A stretch of DNA of 64,000 bases from Nitrosopumilus sp. (lineage in GTDB: Archaea > Thermoproteota > Nitrososphaeria > Nitrososphaerales > Nitrosopumilaceae), in NCBI GenBank assembly GCA_965224195.1, contig OZ245040.1, positions 160,001-224,000 of the forward strand, read 5' to 3'. Within the stretch, counting starts at the first letter, position 1. Each line of letters opens with the position of its first letter. Below, piece by piece: positions 31,097 to 39,222 of the stretch. The translations under genes were made by a program, and so were the position numbers. A model generated the notes under the pieces. The model was given only the letters and a program-made list of their open reading frames with translations. It ran no database searches and was not told the DNA's origin.

Positions 31097-31989
31097 TTAC
31101 CTAAATTTTGACCTGTGCCTAAAATCAAATTATCTGAGCTTGGAAATACATAGACTACAATTTTCATCCATGGATAATCTGGATCATATAATCTGTAAAA
31201 TCCTGTATCATCAAATGTAATAGTGACAGATTCATTTGGAGTAATTATGCCAGTGGAAATTCTTCCATCTGGTATGAATGTAACATAACGATCACTATTT
31301 TCTTTACCACTAATAATATTATGTGAGACTAGATCATCATTTACTATTGTAATGGTAGCACCAGGTTCAACTGAAATTCTATCATGTGAGAAAAATCCTA
31401 ATCCTATGGAACTATTTTGCTGTCCAGGAGCTGTGTTAACAGGAATCCCTTGAGTTGAGGAATATTTGAGAATGTGAATTACAGTTTCATCAGATGTTAT
31501 AGATTCTGAAGAAATAGAATCAATTTTAATTAAACTAGATAATTTTATAGTGTAAATTATTTTGTAAGCATCATCAGACGTTGTAATTCTACCAGTAAAT
31601 CCATAAACTGATGCATCTTTACTTTCACTAACTAGTCTTCCAAAAAAGCTAATTGATGTATCAAATCCACTTGAACTTTCACTTTCTCCACTAATTCGAA
31701 TGTATTTTCCTTCACGCAAAAATTTGCCTTCCAAATTAGAAACTATAAATTCTTCATCATCTAAGGTGATAAAACCATCTTCTGTTAGAAAGTTAATTGT
31801 GCTTCCACGTTGATCCTATGAAGGCAAACCTAGATCAATTTCAGATATTCGTATAATTTCCTCAGTTACTGTAAAACCTGAACCCTCTAAAAGAAATGCC
31901 TGATTCTCAGAAATTTCAGCAAATGATTCATTTACAAAATAACCTGATGAAACCACAAGTAAAGCTAGTAATGTAATGACTGCCCTCAT
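31093..31989 (-). pseudogene. Secreted protein with C-terminal cupredoxin-like domain, internal amber stop
   Basis: ATG at 31989 with signal peptide; in-frame TAG at 31816-31818 (codon 58); frame continues to NDDLVSHN...GFYRLYDPDYPWM. Confidence 0.8.
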
Positions 31990-32074
31990 GATCAATTTTA
32001 GTCTAATTTGGTTTATAATTTGCTACTAAAGTATTTTAAATCTATTCCATAGTTAGTATAAACACGAAATAGTC

Positions 32075-32893
32075 TCATTCAGACTTTTTTGAGATTATAA
32101 GAAAGGAGGGATCAATAAGCTGTTTTAAGCCTAATGTAATCCTAAGATTTCCGTCTTCATCACGAAATATGTATGTATAAACTGCAGGAGAGTCTTTTTT
32201 GCTTTCAATTTCAGTGCCGATTGTTATATAATCAAAATACCAATCTATTTTGTGCTTGTTTATTTCTAAAATTTCATTGATTGTTTTTTCACTGTGAATA
32301 TTAAAATCGCATCTCCAAAGGTCTTTGTCATCAATAACTGATCTGTCACGAAATTTAAGAATGACATCGCAGGCTTCTGGAATAAATCTACCTTGCATAA
32401 TAGCAATTCCTCCTGGATTCAACATGGTAATTATTTTGTTTAAAAGAGCAGTTGGATCTGGAAATATTTGAAAAGTTCCAAAACAAAAAATTATATCAAA
32501 ATTTCCTTTAAAGTTTAGGATGTCACTATTTACCAGAGTTATTGAGGTATTGTCTTTTAGGATCGCCTTTGCTGTATCTAAAAACTCTTGAGTTAGATCT
32601 AATCCAGTCAGATTATTATCTGGATAATTATCAAAAACATATTTTAAAAATTCGCCATTTCCACACCCAATATCTAATAATAAACAGCGTGATTCCAAAT
32701 GTTGGTTTTTTTCTGTTATGATCTTTAATGCATGACGAAAGATAAATTTGGGATTTTGTAGTCTATTTTCGTCTATTTTACTATATGGAGAGGCATCTGG
32801 AATTGCATAGTATTTTCCATGAACCGATTCGTTAAAGCCATATTTTTTTGTCATAAGTTGGTAATTTTTTTGCGTTAAATAACTTCTTTTCAT
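32075..32893 (-). CDS. Class I SAM-dependent methyltransferase
   Basis: LLDIGCGNG, GLD, FDIIF, LNPGG. Confidence 0.85.
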   Translation of the reverse strand: MKRSYLTQKNYQLMTKKYGFNESVHGKYYAIPDASPYSKIDENRLQNPKFIFRHALKIITEKNQHLESRCLLLDIGCGNGEFLKYVFDNYPDNNLTGLDLTQEFLDTAKAILKDNTSITLVNSDILNFKGNFDIIFCFGTFQIFPDPTALLNKIITMLNPGGIAIMQGRFIPEACDVILKFRDRSVIDDKDLWRCDFNIHSEKTINEILEINKHKIDWYFDYITIGTEIESKKDSPAVYTYIFRDEDGNLRITLGLKQLIDPSFLIISKKSE

Positions 32894-32898
32894 ATCCT

Positions 32899-33459
32899 TT
32901 AAAATCCAGGCATGTCCATTAGCCTTTCTTGTTGATGTAATTCTATCATGTAAAATTCAAGATATCCTCCAGCCAAGAGAATACCTACTACAATTCCAAT
33001 CTCAATTAATGTTGGTTTGAGAAATTGAATTAAATTAATTTTTTTAATCACTGCTCTAATTAGAATAAAACTTCTGGAAATTCCAAAAGAGTATGCAATT
33101 AATTCCATCAATCCAAAAGGTGTCAAGAAAAGAATTGAAAGTGGAGGAATTTCAGCAATTTGTGGTGTAGTTAATGCTATTGAAGCAAAAGCAAATCCCG
33201 TAGACCAAGCAGAAAAAAGTCCCCATCCCATCCCAAATCCAGGAATGAACATTGGTAATGCAATGGTCAAGTTATGAGTAAAGATCCCAAAAGCATCAAT
33301 ATCTAAAACAAGATCTTCAAATTCTGTCATGAAGGCTTTTGCCTCCTCTTCACTAACAGTAGACATTGAACCAATTTGAAATGCAGTAGCAAAGAATCCA
33401 AGAAATATAAAAAATGTAATTATTCTAATTTTATTCATATAGCCATACCTGGTGAACAA
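32899..33459 (-). CDS. Stage II sporulation protein M-like membrane protein
   Basis: IFTHN, PFGLMEL, AGGYLE; multiple TM helices. Confidence 0.78.
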   Translation of the reverse strand: MFTRYGYMNKIRIITFFIFLGFFATAFQIGSMSTVSEEEAKAFMTEFEDLVLDIDAFGIFTHNLTIALPMFIPGFGMGWGLFSAWSTGFAFASIALTTPQIAEIPPLSILFLTPFGLMELIAYSFGISRSFILIRAVIKKINLIQFLKPTLIEIGIVVGILLAGGYLEFYMIELHQQERLMDMPGF

Positions 33460-33514
33460 TATTTGAGGGTTGGTGTAGGCGCAGATTTAATTAAACCAGA
33501 TGATATTTTTTGAT

Positions 33515-34960
33515 ATGAAAAAGGAGTTATCCTTTGCATTAAACTATGCATTAAACAAAGGATTTCAGATTCATCCAGATGCTTTTAAAATATTAGAAAA
33601 TGTAGATGTTAAAAAATTAGAGAAAATAATTAAAGAAATTGTAAGAGAGAAGACAAAGCAAAAATTATTTCAGATTAGCCAGGATGATTTAGAAACTTAT
33701 CTTGGAATTAAAGAAGATTTATCATTACAGAGTGAAATCAAAATAATATCAGACCCTACTAGTAAGATTACATCTGGAGAGGGGGTAAAAGGATACAATG
33801 CTTTGTTTTCTAGCCGTTTTAACAAGCTTAAACGAATCATCTCAGATAGACCAGAATCAAAACTACTCAAATCTGCGGCATCTCTAAAAAATACAAAAAT
33901 CGATGATGACCAGTATGTATGCGGACTAGTTACAATTAGAAATTCTGAGAGAAACATCACAAAGATAGTTCTGGAGGATCCTTCAGGCTCATTTGAGGGT
34001 ATAATTTTTGATGAGGAATTGCAAAAAACCGCAGAAACTTTGCTAATAGATCAATTCGTCATGGCAAGAATAGGTTCTGCTAAAAACTCAGGATATATCA
34101 TCAAAGATCTTATTTTACCAGACATTCTAGAGCAGGCAAAAAACAAGTCAGAAAGTGACACATATGCAGTCTTTCTATCTGACTTGCATATCGGAAGCAA
34201 ATACTTCATGGAAGAAGAATTTTTACAATTTGTATCATGGATTTCCAGTCCAGATCTTGTTGCAAGAAAAATTCGATTTATCCTAATTGGAGGTGATATA
34301 GTGGATGGTGTTGGAATTTATCCTAATCAAAATAAAGAATTGGTTTGTCAGACAATCCAAGAGCAATTAAAAAAAGCAGAAAATTTGATTGATAAGATTC
34401 CCAAAAATGTAAAAATCATCATTATGCCAGGAAACCACGATCCTGGTAGAAGAGCATTGCCACAACCTGCCATCCCTAAAAAATACAATTCAGGTCTATG
34501 GGAGAGGGAAAATGTAATGATGGTTGGTAATCCGGCAGTGATATCATTAAATGGAGTTATCGTCTCAATGTTTCATGGACAAAGTATAGATGATATTGTA
34601 AAGACCACACCTGGTCTTAGTTATGACAGACCTACCAATGTAATGAAACATCTGCTCAAAGCAAGACATCTTAGTCCAATTTATGGTAGTCAGACACCAA
34701 TTGCGCCTGAAATGGAGGATTTGATGGTAATTCAAGACATTCCAGATATTTTTCATGTAGGCCATGTTCACCGAGCCCAATTAGACATGTACAAAGGAAT
34801 TTTGTTGATAAATTCTGGTTCTTGGCAAAAACAAACCCCTTTTCAGGCCAGTGTAGGAATGATCCCAAATCCAGGTATTGCCATAATTGTTAATCTAAAA
34901 ACCTTCCAAGTCTTCCATGAAAATTATAGTTCTAATTTAGATAATGTCTTGCAAACTTAG
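33515..34960 (+). CDS. polB: DNA polymerase D small (exonuclease) subunit DP1
   Basis: SDLHIGS, GDIVDG, PGNHD, FHG, GHVH calcineurin-like motifs; likely start MKKEL. Confidence 0.93.
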   Translation: MKKELSFALNYALNKGFQIHPDAFKILENVDVKKLEKIIKEIVREKTKQKLFQISQDDLETYLGIKEDLSLQSEIKIISDPTSKITSGEGVKGYNALFSSRFNKLKRIISDRPESKLLKSAASLKNTKIDDDQYVCGLVTIRNSERNITKIVLEDPSGSFEGIIFDEELQKTAETLLIDQFVMARIGSAKNSGYIIKDLILPDILEQAKNKSESDTYAVFLSDLHIGSKYFMEEEFLQFVSWISSPDLVARKIRFILIGGDIVDGVGIYPNQNKELVCQTIQEQLKKAENLIDKIPKNVKIIIMPGNHDPGRRALPQPAIPKKYNSGLWERENVMMVGNPAVISLNGVIVSMFHGQSIDDIVKTTPGLSYDRPTNVMKHLLKARHLSPIYGSQTPIAPEMEDLMVIQDIPDIFHVGHVHRAQLDMYKGILLINSGSWQKQTPFQASVGMIPNPGIAIIVNLKTFQVFHENYSSNLDNVLQT

Positions 34961-36145
34961 ATCATCTTTGAATGATTTTTTTATCATTTCAGATGATATT
35001 GTGAGTTTGTATTTTTTTGTCCTTCCATGAATGCCTTGATGAATTAGTCTTCCAGAAATAATTCCAGACAATTCAATTTCACTTAGCATTTGTGTAATTC
35101 TTCTTTGAGTAAGTTCGTCTTTTCCTAATGTCTTACAAAGATTTTTGTAAGAAGAATAAATTTCACCAGTTGAAGAGCCATTAGCCTTCATTATGGCTAT
35201 AATTACCAATTTTTCATGAAGTGGGTATGATTTGAGGGAGGCTTCTTCTTTGTTTTCTTCAATTTTTAAAGAGGCTTCCCTGACATGCTCAATTGTGACT
35301 TTGTCAGATTGTTGTCTTTCTGCAAGTTCGCCTGATACACGAAGTAGATCAATGGCCCTTCTAGCATCACCATGTTCCCCTCCTGCAAGGGCGGCACAGA
35401 GGTTTAAGGCTGGTTCTTCTATGGAATTTTCAATAAAAGATTCGTTGATTCTCTCTTCAAGAATTTTTTTAATTTGTTCAACATTATAATTTGTAAAGAC
35501 AATCTCTTCTTCTCCTAGACTACTAATCACTCTAGGATCTAGTTTTTCTTTGAATGTTAAGTCATTTGAAATTCCTACCATAGTTAGAGAACCTTGTTTT
35601 AATTGCTCATTTGCCCTTGTTAATTGATATAGAATATCCTTGCCTGTTTTCGCTACTAGTTGGGCAAGATAATCAATCTCATCAATTACAAAAATTGCAT
35701 TAAGTTTTCCCTCATCAATTTTGTTTAGTAGCCTTTTGAAGACTTCGCTAATAGCAAGCCCATTTGAGGGTAATTCGTCTTGTTCTAGGCCTAATTGCCT
35801 GCCTAGACTGACTAATAATCCGTATAATGTAGTCTCATTTTTTGAATTAGAATATACAAGTTTGATTGGAAAGTTTGATTTCTCAACTCTTTCTTGAATT
35901 TTAGATAATACTTTTTTTACAACTAATGTTTTACCAGTTCCAGGTTTTCCATAAACTAAAAGATTTGATGGTCTGGATTGTTTTAGAATTGGTAATAGAG
36001 ATTGAGTAACTTGTTCTTGTTCATTTTTTCTATGTAAGATGGTATTTGGAATATATGTAAAATGAAGTATATCACGGTTTTTAATAATTGATTTTCCAGA
36101 TTCAGCTGCATCAAGTAAATCATCTATCGGATCAGACATACTCAC
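34937..36145 (-). CDS. cdc6: Orc1/Cdc6 replication initiator
   Basis: GKPGTGKT, IDEID, GDARRAIDLLR, C-terminal winged helix with GRT. Confidence 0.95.
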   Translation of the reverse strand: MSMSDPIDDLLDAAESGKSIIKNRDILHFTYIPNTILHRKNEQEQVTQSLLPILKQSRPSNLLVYGKPGTGKTLVVKKVLSKIQERVEKSNFPIKLVYSNSKNETTLYGLLVSLGRQLGLEQDELPSNGLAISEVFKRLLNKIDEGKLNAIFVIDEIDYLAQLVAKTGKDILYQLTRANEQLKQGSLTMVGISNDLTFKEKLDPRVISSLGEEEIVFTNYNVEQIKKILEERINESFIENSIEEPALNLCAALAGGEHGDARRAIDLLRVSGELAERQQSDKVTIEHVREASLKIEENKEEASLKSYPLHEKLVIIAIMKANGSSTGEIYSSYKNLCKTLGKDELTQRRITQMLSEIELSGIISGRLIHQGIHGRTKKYKLTISSEMIKKSFKDDLSLQDII

Positions 36146-36626
36146 ACACCTTCATTTCTTCTCAACACTAATACAACTATATCTGAATTAAGAGAGTATA
36201 GAATAATAATAGTAGTTTAGTTTGTAATTAATTATTTTTAGTTAGTTTTAGATTTTCTATTAAAAAAAAATTAAAAAAAACATAGAGTGGAAATATCGGT
36301 GTGTGGGTTTAATCCTAAATTAGGAGTGAGTTAACAAAATTGTTAATTTAGTGTTAAGAAATGTCTGAAAAAGCCCATTTTAACCCCATTATTTCCACTC
36401 CAGGCGTTAAGATGGATGTTAACACTGTGAATATCTTCAATCTAACCCCATTATTTCCACTCCAGGCATGAAATTATCTTAATTTAGGGGACTAATTATG
36501 AATTAATTATTAATAACAAAATATACTCTAGGCGTGGCTCAGGCAGTCAATGTTAACAAACCACTTAGTTAACAAATATTCTGAGATCATTTCAACTGTT
36601 AACATCTGATCAGTTAGATCTCAAAG
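36146..36626. other. Probable replication origin oriC
   Basis: Intergenic region upstream of cdc6 with very AT-rich tract (~36200-36280), two identical 25-bp ORB-like repeats TAACCCCATTATTTCCACTCCAGGC (36381-36405, 36443-36467) and an inverted core GAGTGGAAATA (36285-36295). Confidence 0.88.
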
Positions 36627-37013
36627 ATGGCTAAAAAACGTATTCGAATTGATATGGAAGATTCTGATGGTGCACGATATGACATCAAATTAGAAGGTAA
36701 TGTAACCAAAGATAAAATCCTCAAAATTTTCGAAATGATGGACTTGATGAATATTGAAGAAGAACAAGAACCAACAAACATGAATTCAGTAGGTTCTAAA
36801 ATTTCAAATATTGTTGACAAGTTTTTCCCAATGGGCAAATTCACTTCAACAAATATTCTTGAAAAGTATGAAGATGAATATAATGAACCTGTAAAACTTA
36901 GTATTATTTCCACATACTTGTCACGATTTGTTACAAAAGGTAGGGTAAATAGAACAAGAACTGGCAGAGAATGGACATATCAAACCATTAAAATACCTCA
37001 AAAACAACAATAA
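36627..37013 (+). CDS. Winged-helix DNA-binding protein flanking oriC
   Basis: FTSTNILEKYE...LSIISTYLSRF...RTGREWTY wHTH pattern. Confidence 0.8.
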   Translation: MAKKRIRIDMEDSDGARYDIKLEGNVTKDKILKIFEMMDLMNIEEEQEPTNMNSVGSKISNIVDKFFPMGKFTSTNILEKYEDEYNEPVKLSIISTYLSRFVTKGRVNRTRTGREWTYQTIKIPQKQQ

Positions 37014-37017
37014 TCAA

Positions 37018-37179
37018 TTAAGAAATCGTTACTTTTCTAACCAATAATCTATCTTTTCCGAGAATTACTTTAACATATTCACCTTTTTGGATATCCATAT
37101 ACTTTCTAAACTGTTTTGGGATTGATATTGTACCTGCAGAAGTGATTTTCACTAAAACTTCATTATCATTTACTGACAT
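37018..37179 (-). CDS. AbrB/MazE/SpoVT-family DNA-binding protein (not in ORF track)
   Basis: MSVNDNEVLVKITSAGTISIPKQFRKYMDIQKGEYVKVILGKDRLLVRKVTIS*. Confidence 0.85.
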   Translation of the reverse strand: MSVNDNEVLVKITSAGTISIPKQFRKYMDIQKGEYVKVILGKDRLLVRKVTIS

Positions 37180-37300
37180 ATTGGTATTATAATTTAATAA
37201 TATATATAATTTAATAAATTATTTAAATACATTTTCATTATAAAATATGCCTAATTATCTTAAAATTCAATAAATTTACCACTAAAAAAATCTAAATTTC

Positions 37301-37906
37301 TTATTGTACTAAGAGATTTTTGTCTGTTTGTTCCACTTTTGCAATTCCTTTTTCAGTAATTGAGTAAGTATATGGTTTAGATTCAGTATTTCTTTGAACA
37401 TATCCTTCTTCAAACAACTTTTTCATCAGGCGTGAAGTATGCTCTCTACTTTTCTTTAATGTGATTTGTATGTCACGTGATGTCATAGATTTGCTTGTGA
37501 TTAGATGCAACACATAATCAACTGGATTTGTAGGCGTAATATTTTGAATAATAGGTGTAGAATCTACCTTTTCAGGTACAACTTCAGTCTTAGTGACAAC
37601 CTCAATTGGTTTTTCTTGGACTTCACTCTTTACCAATTTTTCTAAAAATTGTTTTAATTCTAGGTTAGGATCCTCTACTTTTTGTTCAATTCCTTGAATT
37701 TCTATAGCATCTAGGCGTATTTTCATATCAATTAACTGTCTTTCATAATATTCTAGACGTTCAGCTTGTGAAGCATCAAATACATCATTTCTAGTTTTTA
37801 CTAATGGACGTACTTTGAAATAGGCATACAATCCAACAATACCAATAATGAATGCTAAAATCACACTTAAAATCACTTCAGGTTCAGGAATTTCTACTAA
37901 CATCAC
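37301..37906 (-). CDS. Membrane-anchored coiled-coil protein with C-terminal winged-helix domain
   Basis: TM helix VILSVILAFIIGIVGLYAYF; coiled coil; MTSRDIQITLKKSREHTSRLMKKLFEEGYVQR...YSITEKG. Confidence 0.85.
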   Translation of the reverse strand: MMLVEIPEPEVILSVILAFIIGIVGLYAYFKVRPLVKTRNDVFDASQAERLEYYERQLIDMKIRLDAIEIQGIEQKVEDPNLELKQFLEKLVKSEVQEKPIEVVTKTEVVPEKVDSTPIIQNITPTNPVDYVLHLITSKSMTSRDIQITLKKSREHTSRLMKKLFEEGYVQRNTESKPYTYSITEKGIAKVEQTDKNLLVQ

Positions 37907-38150
37907 AACTTCTATGCCTGCAACGTGATTTATCGTGATTGAACAATTTTATTTCACACTTTAGATTAACAATCTCACACACATTATCACATACAATTTA
38001 GATTGACATTAACTTAGGTAATCACATACATCACATGTTACATGCCTGACGAATGAGCCTGTCAATCACATTAATCACCTCTTCTTCCCTTTCAGGAAAA
38101 ATATCACTCTCATTAATCACACTAATTTGTTCTGAAAGCTTTGATATCAC
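37860..38150. repeat. Cluster of 13 ATCAC/GTGAT pentamers
   Basis: ATCAC at 37860, 37872, 37902, 37986, 38021, 38030, 38065, 38074, 38103, 38116, 38146; GTGAT at 37925, 37935. Confidence 0.8.
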
Positions 38151-38393
38151 ATCTATATCATCAGGTAAAAGTATGCCTAGACCACGAAAAAGTATGATTG
38201 AGTAGAATAATCCAATTAATTTGTCTCTAGATTGCCCAACTTGCCTGTAATACGCACCTTTACTAATAGAAAAATTGGATTCAAGAAGATCTTTCTGATT
38301 TAAAATAATTTCAACTTGTCGCTCTGTAAACAGTGATTTTTTGATGATTTTACGGATAATATTGTTAAAATTAGATTTTTCTAACTTATCCAT
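38031..38393 (-). CDS. Hypothetical protein with HTH-like segment
   Basis: LFTERQVEII...ISKGAYYRQVGQSR; likely start MDKLEK. Confidence 0.72.
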   Translation of the reverse strand: MDKLEKSNFNNIIRKIIKKSLFTERQVEIILNQKDLLESNFSISKGAYYRQVGQSRDKLIGLFYSIILFRGLGILLPDDIDVISKLSEQISVINESDIFPEREEEVINVIDRLIRQACNM

Positions 38394-38457
38394 AGCTATA
38401 CAAATCTGTATGCAGCATTCCAATTAAACTTTAAAGAGACATGTACAAACCCATTCT

Positions 38458-39210
38458 ATGGCTGAAGACAAAGTTGAATCATTTCTAAAGTCAGAATTAA
38501 AAAAGAAAAATATATTACTTTTCGTATTAATTGATTCAGAAGTATCCAATTTAGAGGCATCAAGCAAACTTGCCAAAGATGTTGAGAAGATTGGAGCCTC
38601 GGCAATTCTAGTTGGAGGCTCATCAGCAACTAATCAAATTGAGATGGCCCAAGTTGTAAAAGGAATCAAAAAAGGTCTAGAAATTCCAATCATTCTATTT
38701 CCAGGTAATGTTACAGGTGTCGTACCTGACGCAGATGCCATATTATTTAGTTCATTAATGAATTCTGAAAATCCTTATTTCATCACCCAGGCACAGGCTT
38801 TAGGTGCCCCAAATGTCTTAAAATTTGGATTAGAACCACTCCCAACTGCATATTTGGTCATAGGAGATGGAACATCAGCATGGTTTGTTGGTTCAGCAAG
38901 AGGAATTCCATTTGAAAAACCAAAAATTGCTGCAGCATACTCACTAGCTGCTCAATTTCTAGGTATGAGATTTGTTTACTTGGAGGCAGGATCTGGTGCA
39001 AAAACCCATGTTACTCCTGAAATGGTAAAAACTGTCAGACATGCATTTAATGGATTTTTGATAGTAGGTGGAGGCATCAAAGATGTAAAAACTGCTGAAA
39101 GTTTGGCTAAAGCCGGAGCAGATGCCTTGGTTATTGGAACCTTCCTTGAACAAGGTGGAAGTATCACAAAACTCGAAGAAATAGCAAAAGCAATTCAAAG
39201 AAGCAAGTAG
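38458..39210 (+). CDS. Geranylgeranylglyceryl phosphate synthase
   Basis: ILVGGS, LFPG, YLEAGSGA, VGGGI. Confidence 0.92.
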   Translation: MAEDKVESFLKSELKKKNILLFVLIDSEVSNLEASSKLAKDVEKIGASAILVGGSSATNQIEMAQVVKGIKKGLEIPIILFPGNVTGVVPDADAILFSSLMNSENPYFITQAQALGAPNVLKFGLEPLPTAYLVIGDGTSAWFVGSARGIPFEKPKIAAAYSLAAQFLGMRFVYLEAGSGAKTHVTPEMVKTVRHAFNGFLIVGGGIKDVKTAESLAKAGADALVIGTFLEQGGSITKLEEIAKAIQRSK

Positions 39211-39222
39211 TAAAGGACTATT

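Noticed and set aside
31816-31818. Pyrrolysine or programmed amber read-through
   Set aside because: No pyl genes in the window, and other broken genes have TAA stops; simple nonsense mutation is more parsimonious
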